Assembly (NCBI GenBank): GCA_024762675.1
Contig: JANTGZ010000001.1
Coordinates: 14,322 to 78,321 of the forward strand
DNA: 64,000 nt
Source of the DNA: Thermodesulfobacteriota bacterium
GTDB taxonomy: Bacteria > Desulfobacterota > Anaeroferrophillalia > Anaeroferrophillales > Tharpellaceae
Direction: 5' to 3'
Both the position numbers and the translations under genes were made by a program. A model generated the notes under the pieces. The model was not told the origin of the DNA. It was given only the letters and a program-made list of their open reading frames with translations, and did no database searches. Shown in pieces: positions 20,049 to 28,438 of this stretch (its first letter is position 1; every line of letters begins with the position of its first letter).

Positions 20049-20575
20049 TGTCGGATTTTACCATTATCGATATTCCAAGCCCCAATTTTGACTCTCGTCC
20101 TCCCGGAGTAACTATCGATCTTGTGGTGATTCATGCGATCAGCCTGCCGCCGGGTAAATTTGGTACGGGGCGGGTAATCGACTTTTTTACCAACTCTCTT
20201 GATTCGGAAGAGGATCCCTATTTCTCTGAAATTAGCGGGCTCAGGGTTTCATCCCACTATTTTATCGAACGTCAGGGTCGGGTTATACGTTTTGTGGATG
20301 ATGAAAAACGGGCCTGGCATGCCGGAATCAGCCGTTTTCAGGGGCGTGATAACTGTAATGACTTTTCTCTCGGCATAGAACTTGAAGGAGATGACTTTAA
20401 TTGTTTTACCGAGGTTCAATATCAACGTTTGAATGAGCTTTTAAAGTCTATAAAAAACCGCTGGCCGGCTGTGACCGGTAATCGAATTGTCGGTCATTGT
20501 CATGTTGCGCCGCAACGAAAGAGTGATCCGGGGCCTTTTTTTGACTGGAAAAGAATAGGAGTAGAGATTGCCTGA
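20048..20575 (+). CDS. ampD: 1,6-anhydro-N-acetylmuramyl-L-alanine amidase
   Basis: Amidase_2 motifs (AWHAGISRFQGRDNCNDFSLGIELEG; HCHVAPQRKSDPGP). ATG overlaps the nth stop. Confidence 0.85.
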   Translation: MSDFTIIDIPSPNFDSRPPGVTIDLVVIHAISLPPGKFGTGRVIDFFTNSLDSEEDPYFSEISGLRVSSHYFIERQGRVIRFVDDEKRAWHAGISRFQGRDNCNDFSLGIELEGDDFNCFTEVQYQRLNELLKSIKNRWPAVTGNRIVGHCHVAPQRKSDPGPFFDWKRIGVEIA

Positions 20576-21575
20576 GAGAGAGTTCAGTCAGCTCTTAATG
20601 GTCGGGGTTAGCGGAGAACGGTTGACAAGGTTTGAACGTTCGGCCTGGCAACGCTTTCCTCCGGGCGGGATCATTCTCTTTGCCCGAAACTGCGTTGATC
20701 CACAAAAAACTAAGGCTTTAGTCGGCGAACTCCAGGAAATCTCAATTGAAACCAGTGGCTTGCCGTTGATTGTGGCAGTGGATCAGGAGGGTGGTCCGGT
20801 TGTTCGTCTTCGTGAGAGTTTTCCCGATTTTCCCGGGGCTGCAACCTTAGGTAAGGATGATGATCTGAAAAAGACCCGGAGTACGGCCAAGGCTCTTGGG
20901 AAAGCTTTGTCTGAGATCGGTATAAATTGCAATTTGGCTCCGGTTGCCGACCTCCTGCAAACCTCAAGCCGAGTCCTGCATAAGCGCTGCTTCGGGGCTG
21001 ACCCGGAACTGGTTTCAGGCCACGTTAAAGCCTATATTGAGGGCCTGCAGAGCAGTGGGGTGGCGGCTTGTGTAAAGCATTTTCCCGGTCATGGAACGGT
21101 CGCTGATGACAGCCACACTATGTTACCGGTCTCACCTTTGCAGAGGTCCGAACTGGAGCCCCATCTTAAACCCTTTGCGGCAGCCATTGTCGCCGGGGTT
21201 AAGATTATGATGGCGGCCCATCTTAAATTTCCCGTAATTGATTCACGCTCGGTGCCGTTTTCATCACTTTTTTTAAATGAAATTGCCCGTCTTGAGATGG
21301 GTTTTTCCGGCCTGATTATATCGGATGATCTTGATATGGCAGCTGTTGCCGGAAGGCCTCTGCCTGAGGTGATGGTCGAGGGATTAAAAGCCGGTCTCGA
21401 TATGGCGTTGTGGGGTCGAAATCTTAAAGCGGTTGCCGACCCCGAGCTGGTGATGGCAGGTTTTGTTAATAAAATTCAAGATTGTGGTCTGACATCCGAG
21501 CTCCTGCAGAGAAAAATAGAGCGCATTCGTCTTTTACGAAAGGCTTTGGAGATGGGGTTGAGTAAGGATGGTTAA
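20568..21575 (+). CDS. nagZ: beta-N-acetylhexosaminidase (GH3)
   Basis: GH3 motifs (KHFPGHG; ISDDLDMAA). Overlaps the ampD stop. Confidence 0.85.
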   Translation: MPEREFSQLLMVGVSGERLTRFERSAWQRFPPGGIILFARNCVDPQKTKALVGELQEISIETSGLPLIVAVDQEGGPVVRLRESFPDFPGAATLGKDDDLKKTRSTAKALGKALSEIGINCNLAPVADLLQTSSRVLHKRCFGADPELVSGHVKAYIEGLQSSGVAACVKHFPGHGTVADDSHTMLPVSPLQRSELEPHLKPFAAAIVAGVKIMMAAHLKFPVIDSRSVPFSSLFLNEIARLEMGFSGLIISDDLDMAAVAGRPLPEVMVEGLKAGLDMALWGRNLKAVADPELVMAGFVNKIQDCGLTSELLQRKIERIRLLRKALEMGLSKDG

Positions 21576-22737
21576 ACTTGGTTTAGAGAGCTTTATTGAG
21601 AAGGCAAAGATACTTCCTGCAGGTTGCCGGGCTGCATTCTTAACCCACCAGGCTGCAGTTGACAGTCGTGGAATCACCTCTTTAGAGCGTGTGCGTCGGG
21701 CCTTTCCCGAGCTTGTGCAGTCGGTTTGGAGTCCGCAGCACGGTTTTTATGGTGATCGCCAGGCTAATATGATCGCCTCTAAGGATTTCTCAGATCCCCT
21801 CTCCGGTTTGCGGGTATGCAGTCTTTATGGTGAAAAGCGACAACCAACACCAGAGATGTTTTCGGGAATTGATCTGATTCTGGTTGATCTCGTAGATGTT
21901 GGTTGCCGTGTCTATACCTATATTTGGACTCTCTATCTTCTACTTGTGGAGGCGGCCGGAGCCGGTGTCAAGGTTGTGATTCTTGATCGCCCCAACCCTT
22001 TAGGCGGAGTGGAGATTGAAGGCAACCTGCCGCGCTCAGATCACAGCTCTTTTGTAGGGCTTTATCCGCTGCCGATGCGCCACGGTATGACGATTGCTGA
22101 ACTGGCTCTCTATTTTAAATATCGAGCCGGTATCGATGTTGAACTTGATATTTTTGAAATCGAAGGTTGGCGGCGGTCATCATATTTTAATGAAACCGGA
22201 CTTTTCTGGGTCTTGCCGTCACCCAATATGCCGACTCCGGCAACGGCTATGGTCTATCCGGGTCAGGTACTGCTCGAGGGAACCAATCTCTCCGAAGGGC
22301 GGGGAACAACTCTGCCCTTTGAGTTGTGTGGGGCTCCGTTTATTGATCCAAGGGCTTTATTGGCGGAGATCGACCAACAAGCTGCAAGCGGATTATTTTT
22401 GCGCCCGACCTGGTTTACACCGACTTTTGATAAGTGGGACGGTGAACTTTGCGGCGGTCTCCAGCTTCATGTTATTGATTCGCAGAAGTTTTCTCCTTAT
22501 CGTTTTACACTGGCGCTGCTTAAAGCTGTGATCAAGCTCTATCCTGATAATTTTGCCTGGTTGGCGCCGCCTTACGAGTATGAGTATGAAAAACTTCCCA
22601 TCGATATCCTGACTGGCGACCCGCTTATCCGTAAGGCTCTTGAAAGTTCAGGCGATCTTGATCATCTTAAGGAGTCCTGGAAAGATAGCCTTGAAGTTTT
22701 TTACGAACAGCGCACTAATGCTATAATCTATCTTTAA
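21568..22737 (+). CDS. namZ: DUF1343-family protein (exo-beta-N-acetylmuramidase NamZ-like)
   Basis: 389 aa. Conserved DUF1343 core (LVDLVDVGCRVYTYIWTL...ILDRPNPLGG). Overlaps the nagZ stop. Confidence 0.7.
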   Translation: MVKLGLESFIEKAKILPAGCRAAFLTHQAAVDSRGITSLERVRRAFPELVQSVWSPQHGFYGDRQANMIASKDFSDPLSGLRVCSLYGEKRQPTPEMFSGIDLILVDLVDVGCRVYTYIWTLYLLLVEAAGAGVKVVILDRPNPLGGVEIEGNLPRSDHSSFVGLYPLPMRHGMTIAELALYFKYRAGIDVELDIFEIEGWRRSSYFNETGLFWVLPSPNMPTPATAMVYPGQVLLEGTNLSEGRGTTLPFELCGAPFIDPRALLAEIDQQAASGLFLRPTWFTPTFDKWDGELCGGLQLHVIDSQKFSPYRFTLALLKAVIKLYPDNFAWLAPPYEYEYEKLPIDILTGDPLIRKALESSGDLDHLKESWKDSLEVFYEQRTNAIIYL

Positions 22738-22843
22738 CGGCTGGAAGTTTTTTTTTAGGGTTTTGGTTTTTTCGGACACCCTGTTTGACAAGTTCTACTA
22801 TCTTTCTTATAATTCTATGCGAAATATATTTTGGGGAGGGAAA

Positions 22844-23341
22844 ATGAATAATCAGTATAAAGTTATTTCGGTTCTATTGTTGTTTGTTGTTGCCGGTGTT
22901 ATTTTTTCCGGCTGTGCCGGTTGTGCCGGTTATGAGCGCGGTGCTCGGGTAACCCCGGTTTTTGTCGCGGCTTCCGGAGCTAAAGTCTACGTTCATCCGC
23001 CGAAAGATCAAACCCTTTCCGGCTGGATGGAGACCTATATCGATATTGAGCTTGAACATTTAGGCTTTAAAATTGTCGAAGACCCCCATGCCAGTGATCT
23101 GCTGGCCTACTACTCTTACTCCTACGATTGGGAGGAACCCTCCTATATCCGTGATTTTTTGATTGTTTTCAAGCCCTATCCGGGTGACGACCTGGAGCTG
23201 CTGGCCTCGGCCAGCTGCTATCATCGTTGTTCCTGTTCATTTACTCAGGCCGGCGGCCAGGAAGTGCATGAAGCTTTTACGGCCCTGCGTGAAGAGCTCA
23301 ATGCGGCCTCGAAAACCAAGACCAAGGATTCATGGCAGTGA
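22844..23341 (+). CDS. hypothetical lipoprotein
   Basis: Start at ATG 22844 gives the signal plus lipobox ...VIFSGCAGCAG. No family recognised. Confidence 0.5.
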   Translation: MNNQYKVISVLLLFVVAGVIFSGCAGCAGYERGARVTPVFVAASGAKVYVHPPKDQTLSGWMETYIDIELEHLGFKIVEDPHASDLLAYYSYSYDWEEPSYIRDFLIVFKPYPGDDLELLASASCYHRCSCSFTQAGGQEVHEAFTALREELNAASKTKTKDSWQ

Positions 23342-24252
23342 GAAAAATGACGGAATCTGGTACCGGAGCCCGCGGTTTCACTCTGGTTGAACTTCTCTTA
23401 GCCCTTGGGATTGCCGGAATAATTGCCGCATTTTCCATTTCGATTTCAAGCTCCATCAGCAATTTAAGTAAACAGGCCATGACCAAAGCTCGCATGGGGA
23501 CGATTGCGGCAAAAGCCAGGCAGTATTATCGCTCACATAAACTTCAGGTTCCTGCAGCCACCACTCCGACCGATTCGATACCTGTAGATTCGAGCAACCT
23601 TAATTTGGAGCAGAAGTATCGTCTTGATGGTTGGGGAAAGTATCTTTACTACCGAGTCTCTCCGGCAATTAATGGTATAAAAGTTAATGGCAGCAGCACC
23701 GGGGTCGGGGCAATAATTATCAGTGGTGGCCCAAATCAGCAGATTGATATCGTTAATCATACGACGGCCTCTAGCCTGCTGGTGGCCGGGGACGATCTTA
23801 TAGTCGGAGTAAACTTCAATCAGGAAGCGACCGAGATTGTACTTGAAGATCTACAACTTTTACAGAGTAAGGTTGAGGCCTTTGATGCTCAGTTTGAGGG
23901 AGTAGATAATGATAGTTCCGGTGGTATCGATGAGGATGGCTGTATCGCTGACAGTGGTACCGGATGTCCTCCAACAGGTGATAATGATCCAAACTGTGGT
24001 CGCGCAACTCTTGATAATATAACCTTTTATGACTGCGGTAGTGGCGCCGGAGTCAATGAAACTGCTTCAGCCGCAGCCTTTATGACTTATCTATACAATC
24101 TTTCCAGTCACTATATTGCCGACTCCTGGGGCAACCCCTATCAATGGAGTGATCCGGCAGATCCTTTGAAACATCACAAGTTCTGGTCCTATGGTCCGGA
24201 TGGTTCTAGTGGAACGGTTGCCGGTGATACTGCCGACGACATAGTTTTTTGA
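23332..24252 (+). CDS. prepilin-type N-terminal cleavage/methylation domain protein (large pilin/pseudopilin-like)
   Basis: Canonical class III signal ...GARGFTLVELLLALGIAGIIAAF (G|FTLVE). The true start may be ATG 23347. About 300 aa. Confidence 0.75.
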   Translation: MAVRKMTESGTGARGFTLVELLLALGIAGIIAAFSISISSSISNLSKQAMTKARMGTIAAKARQYYRSHKLQVPAATTPTDSIPVDSSNLNLEQKYRLDGWGKYLYYRVSPAINGIKVNGSSTGVGAIIISGGPNQQIDIVNHTTASSLLVAGDDLIVGVNFNQEATEIVLEDLQLLQSKVEAFDAQFEGVDNDSSGGIDEDGCIADSGTGCPPTGDNDPNCGRATLDNITFYDCGSGAGVNETASAAAFMTYLYNLSSHYIADSWGNPYQWSDPADPLKHHKFWSYGPDGSSGTVAGDTADDIVF

Positions 24253-24327
24253 CCACGAAATAATCAAAAAAATTTGATTGGTGTTTGTTGCAGTGTCTCG
24301 TGCTGTTTAAAACAGGTGGAGTTGTTC

Positions 24328-25905
24328 GTGAAATGTAGTAAAGCGGCCGCCGATAACCGTGGATTTTCTCTTTTATTGGTTCTGATCATGATGTCAGCGG
24401 TAACCATTGGTCTGGTTATGTTGACGAGGAGTGCTTTCAAAGGGGAGAATTTTAGTAAAAATGAAGTGACCGTTGCCCGAATGAACGTGGTTGCTAAAGC
24501 TTTGGGACAATACTATCTCGGTCATCGAAATCTTCCAGGTCCAGGCGCAAATTCGCGGGTTCCAGTGGCGCGGTTGTCTCTGCAGGCAAAGTACGGCCTT
24601 GACGGTTGGGGCAAGTTTTTGCACTATAATTATGATTCTATCTCCAGTTTGCGAGGTATCAGTGTTGACGGTAAAGCGGTGGCCGCTGTTTTGGCCAGTA
24701 GCGGTTCCAATCAGGAGATTGAGGCGGCGACTCGACCCGGAAATGGAACTATCTATCTTGATGTCGGTAATGACGATATTCTCATGCCGGTTACCTTGCA
24801 ATCTGAGGCTGTAGCTCTGGCAACCACAACCCTGCACAACCTGGCCCGCAAAACCTGTTCGTATATCTGTGTCAATGGTGAGTCGGTTCTCGATGATGAT
24901 GATCTTGATGCGACGGATGCAATGGGGGCTCTGGATGGAGATGGTTTTACAGGTGGATTGTCACAGGTCGGTTTATTTCTGGAATTTTCTTTAAATACTG
25001 CGACTTATGCCATTGATCCCTGGGGTAACAGCTATCAATGGTTGGGGGATAGTTCATTACCGGCCAACTCTTTTCGTTCATTGGGACCGGATGGCGTGGT
25101 CAGTGGTGATGATATTATTGTTGGTGCCCGCACGACCTTGGTAGCGTGCGGTTGCTCATTCCCCCCTCCGTTGAGTCTGTTCACCTTTGAAGCTAATCAA
25201 ATTCAAGGAAATATAATAACTGTGAAGACTCCATATGGTGAAAGTATTGGGACATTGGAAGGTGATACATCCGTTGTGGCCTATCAAACGGGGGCCGATT
25301 ATGATGGCCCTCCTACTTCATCTGCCGGAGAGTACGCAGTCTATTTTGATGGCAACCATGATTATATTATAATGGATCAGCCCCCCTATTTTGTTCTTGA
25401 CGAAGATTTCACCTTGTCGGCTTGGTTTAAGACAACCGGCGTGTTGAATCAATATGCGAAAGTGATTTCTCGAAGAATTGGAAGTTATAAATACTATTTT
25501 CTCGGTTCCAAAGGTAACAGTGGCACAACCAGATGTGATAACGGAGGAGTGGCGCATCCCTATGGCGGTGTTTTGGGAGGCCAAGATGATTATAATATGG
25601 GTGGTCATCAGACTAGCACCAGAACGATTATCAGTATGCCTTGCGGTGAGTGGCATCATGTAGCGGTGGTTTTTGATCACGAACTTGCAGGATCATCACT
25701 CTCTATCTATTATGACGGTATACTGCAGGAGATTCGAAGTGGTTTGCCGGTGTCAGCTCCGAATGATGAAGATATCAAATTAACTATCGGAGCTGACAGT
25801 GGTGGAGGGAGTGGTTTTTTTCAGGGCTGGATCGATAATGCTGCACTTTTTGATGAGGCTTTGACCGGAGAACAGATTATTTCAGTGATGGATCGGAGTG
25901 AATAG
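24328..25905 (+). CDS. pilin-like N-terminal domain protein with C-terminal LamG/concanavalin-A-like lectin domain
   Basis: RBS AGGTGGAG followed by GTG 24328. N-terminus RGFSLLLVLIMMSAV is pilin-like but lacks Glu+5. Shares motifs with the upstream gene (KYGLDGWGKFLHY; DPWGNSYQW). C-terminus has LamG-like motifs (FTLSAWFKT...WHHVAVVFD...LSIYYDG). Confidence 0.65.
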   Translation: MKCSKAAADNRGFSLLLVLIMMSAVTIGLVMLTRSAFKGENFSKNEVTVARMNVVAKALGQYYLGHRNLPGPGANSRVPVARLSLQAKYGLDGWGKFLHYNYDSISSLRGISVDGKAVAAVLASSGSNQEIEAATRPGNGTIYLDVGNDDILMPVTLQSEAVALATTTLHNLARKTCSYICVNGESVLDDDDLDATDAMGALDGDGFTGGLSQVGLFLEFSLNTATYAIDPWGNSYQWLGDSSLPANSFRSLGPDGVVSGDDIIVGARTTLVACGCSFPPPLSLFTFEANQIQGNIITVKTPYGESIGTLEGDTSVVAYQTGADYDGPPTSSAGEYAVYFDGNHDYIIMDQPPYFVLDEDFTLSAWFKTTGVLNQYAKVISRRIGSYKYYFLGSKGNSGTTRCDNGGVAHPYGGVLGGQDDYNMGGHQTSTRTIISMPCGEWHHVAVVFDHELAGSSLSIYYDGILQEIRSGLPVSAPNDEDIKLTIGADSGGGSGFFQGWIDNAALFDEALTGEQIISVMDRSE

Positions 25906-25978
25906 GAGGCCATTTGAAAAAAATTGCTCTTCTCAGATAGCCTCCTATGTAAGGCCGGTTAGATTAGTCGTTGTCCAC

Positions 25979-26740
25979 TTACTTTAGAACTTCACCTTTA
26001 AGGTTAATGACCATCTCTTTAACTGGAAGGGTTTGACCGGCTTTTTGCAGGGCGTTTTTAACGGCCACCGGCAGACCCGAACAGCAGGGCACTTCCATGG
26101 TGACAACGGTTACACTTTCGACTTCGTTTTTCGCAAACATCTCGGTAAAACGTTCTTCATAATCGGGCAGGTCATCAAATTTGGGGCAACCCATCATGAC
26201 GACACGGTCGGCCAGCAGCTCCTGATGCAAGGCCGCATAAGCAACGGCAGCGCAGTCAGCCAGGATAAGAATATCCGCATTTCTAAGGAATGGAGCATGG
26301 GCCGGAATCAGACGGATCTGAACTGGCCAGTGGCCGAGGGCGGAAGTCGGGGCGGGGCCTTTGGAAATTTCTTGCTTGTTATTATCTTTACAGCTTGTTA
26401 AGGTCTGCATCTGGGTAGAGGGGCAACCGCAGGCCAGGGTTTCAGGTGCATTAATCTGACTCTTCTCACTGGATGCGCTATTATCACTGGCGTCACGACT
26501 TTTGAGATACTCCTCGACGGCTTCAGGGTCGAAATCATCAGCCACCCTTTCAACTATCGAGATCGCCCCCTGCGGGCAGTCTCCCAGACAAGCCCCGAGA
26601 CCGTCACAATACTTTTCGGCGACAACTTTGGCCTTGCCATCAATTATCTGAATGGCGCCTTCATCACAGGCCGGAACGCACTGTCCGCAACCATCGCACA
26701 ACTCTTCATCGATCTCGATAATTTTTCGTAAAATCTTCAT
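25979..26740 (-). CDS. 4Fe-4S ferredoxin-domain protein with C-terminal domain of unknown function
   Basis: Two CxxCxxCxxxCP clusters at the N-terminus (CDGCGQCVPACDEG; CDGLGACLGDCPQG). Additional Cys-rich C-terminal domain. Confidence 0.7.
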   Translation of the reverse strand: MKILRKIIEIDEELCDGCGQCVPACDEGAIQIIDGKAKVVAEKYCDGLGACLGDCPQGAISIVERVADDFDPEAVEEYLKSRDASDNSASSEKSQINAPETLACGCPSTQMQTLTSCKDNNKQEISKGPAPTSALGHWPVQIRLIPAHAPFLRNADILILADCAAVAYAALHQELLADRVVMMGCPKFDDLPDYEERFTEMFAKNEVESVTVVTMEVPCCSGLPVAVKNALQKAGQTLPVKEMVINLKGEVLK

Positions 26741-26765
26741 CTTAAATCTCCATTATTTTTGATGT

Positions 26766-27518
26766 TTAATTTATAATCACACTTTTTCTTGCCACCTCGC
26801 GGCCGCTGTTGGTCGAGAGATCTTCTTTTATATGAGCCGCAAATTCAGCCTGAGAAAAAGGTGTCTCTTTATTCTGGTTTTGTAGTCGGTATATTTGGAT
26901 GGCATCATGAACGCATCTAAAGTTCAGGGTCTCATTGTCACCAGGGTGAAAGATGTGGTCAAGGATGGCTAGAACTTCTTCGGTCAACTCCTCTTTCGCT
27001 TTGAGTCCTTCAAGTATCTCCCGACCCAAGCGGACAGCTTCTCTCTCTAAATCTTCTAAAGAAGGTGTGGTCTTATTTTTCTTCGCCAGTTTGGCTCCGA
27101 TATTATGGAGGTAGGCGGCGCAAAGGACAACGGCCGGGTTGGCGCCCTCTTCAGGAGCTATTTTAGCGGCAAAGCGGGCCACTTTGGTGGCTTGGCCGAC
27201 GTTTTTAAAATCTTTATGGAAATGCATCTTCATTTTAAGGGCGACCCGATCTTTAAGCAGGTCGTCCCTGCCGGCAAGCAACTCAGGTGGTAACTCTCCC
27301 ATACACTGCTCAGCGTATTGGCAGTAAGAGGCACAACCGAAATCCATTTTAGGATTAACCACCTGCTTTCCGCAATTTTTACACTTGCAAGTGGTCTGGT
27401 CCTTGAAAAATTCGATGTCGGTGCCGCATTCGGGGCATTTTGAGTCAAATATTGCATCATGTTTCCAGTAGCGGGAATCCTGACCGGGACAGCGCATGGC
27501 GTTTTCTCCAATTGTCAT
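26766..27518 (-). CDS. HD-domain phosphohydrolase with N-terminal zinc-ribbon
   Basis: N-terminal CPECG...CKNCG zinc ribbon. HD motif region (LHNIGAK...). Co-directional and adjacent to the ferredoxin gene. Confidence 0.65.
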   Translation of the reverse strand: MTIGENAMRCPGQDSRYWKHDAIFDSKCPECGTDIEFFKDQTTCKCKNCGKQVVNPKMDFGCASYCQYAEQCMGELPPELLAGRDDLLKDRVALKMKMHFHKDFKNVGQATKVARFAAKIAPEEGANPAVVLCAAYLHNIGAKLAKKNKTTPSLEDLEREAVRLGREILEGLKAKEELTEEVLAILDHIFHPGDNETLNFRCVHDAIQIYRLQNQNKETPFSQAEFAAHIKEDLSTNSGREVARKSVIIN

Positions 27519-27570
27519 AGAAATATATTGTTCTTAGAGAGTTTAGCGGATTTAATTCCGCAGCAACTAC

Positions 27571-27652
27571 TTTTAAAGTGTATCGATTTTTAAAGTGTAT
27601 CGATATTGTCTTTTTATTCTGTTTGAGGCAGATTATCATTGACTTAAGTCAA
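27571..27652. promoter_or_regulatory. divergent promoter/operator region: perfect 17-bp tandem direct repeat (ttttaaagtgtatcgat x2, 27571-27604) and perfect 14-bp palindrome TTGACTTAAGTCAA (27639-27652)
   Basis: Read directly from the sequence. Lies between the divergently transcribed HD/ferredoxin genes and the Crp/Fnr regulator. The palindrome has the TTGAN-N4-NTCAA Crp/Fnr architecture. Confidence 0.55.
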
Positions 27653-27726
27653 TCGGCTGAAATATTGTTATTATGAATGTATCGTTGATAGCAAAATGTG
27701 ACTGGGTTAGTAATTTATGGTGAAAT

Positions 27727-28425
27727 ATGGTTGATGACCGAGATAGATCGTTGGTGAAATGGCTTGGTGAGACTACACTGTTTTCCGGAATGGCGGACCA
27801 ACATCTCAGGGATTTGAGTGGGATCGCCATGGTTGTCAGTTATAAACGCCGGGCAACCATTTTCAGTGAAGGAGATCAGGGTAATGGTTTTTACTTGGTG
27901 AAAGAAGGAAAGGTGAAGATATTTATGATCTCCCCGGATGGCAAGGAGCAGATTCTGCATATCTTCGGGCCCGGTGAGCCCTTCGGGGAAGTGCCGGTTT
28001 TTGCCGGTCAAAGTTTTCCGGCGCATGCCGTGGCTCTGGAAACCAGTCGCCTGGTCTTTTTACCACGTGATGATTTTATTGCATTGGTCGCTGCTAATCC
28101 GGCTCTGGCACTCAATCTGTTGGCAGCCCTCTCTCAGCGTCTGCGTCAGTTTACGAAGATGATAGACGCACTCTCTTTAAAAGAGGTTCCCGGTCGTCTT
28201 GCGGCTCATCTGCTTTTTCTGAGCAAGAAACAGTCTGCGGGAGATCAATTACAGTTGGAACTCTCAAAAACCCAGTTAGCCAGCCTGCTGGGTACGATTC
28301 CGGAAACTCTTTCAAGGATGTTAAGTAAACTGCAGCGGGAGGGGTTTATCACGCTTGAGGGGGCCAGTATCGCTATTGTCGATCGGGAGGGACTTGAAGA
28401 GCTCGCCGAAATCGGCAAATTTTGA
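27727..28425 (+). CDS. Crp/Fnr family transcriptional regulator
   Basis: cNMP-binding beta-roll (GEPFGEVPVFAG) plus C-terminal HTH (TQLASLLGTIPETLSRMLSKLQREGFI). Confidence 0.85.
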   Translation: MVDDRDRSLVKWLGETTLFSGMADQHLRDLSGIAMVVSYKRRATIFSEGDQGNGFYLVKEGKVKIFMISPDGKEQILHIFGPGEPFGEVPVFAGQSFPAHAVALETSRLVFLPRDDFIALVAANPALALNLLAALSQRLRQFTKMIDALSLKEVPGRLAAHLLFLSKKQSAGDQLQLELSKTQLASLLGTIPETLSRMLSKLQREGFITLEGASIAIVDREGLEELAEIGKF

Positions 28426-28438
28426 TTTTTTTAAATTC

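Noticed and set aside
22094-22531. 145-aa ORF in an alternative frame inside namZ, plus many other short ORFs from the six-frame track nested inside or antisense to confidently assigned genes
   Set aside because: They lie wholly within well-supported genes on the same or opposite strand. No RBS or conserved motifs. Most likely non-coding frames.
25906-25978. taggaggc...gcctccta inverted repeat between the convergent LamG-pilin and ferredoxin genes
   Set aside because: 8-bp stem but a 29-nt loop and no flanking T/A tracts. Weak as a bidirectional terminator.
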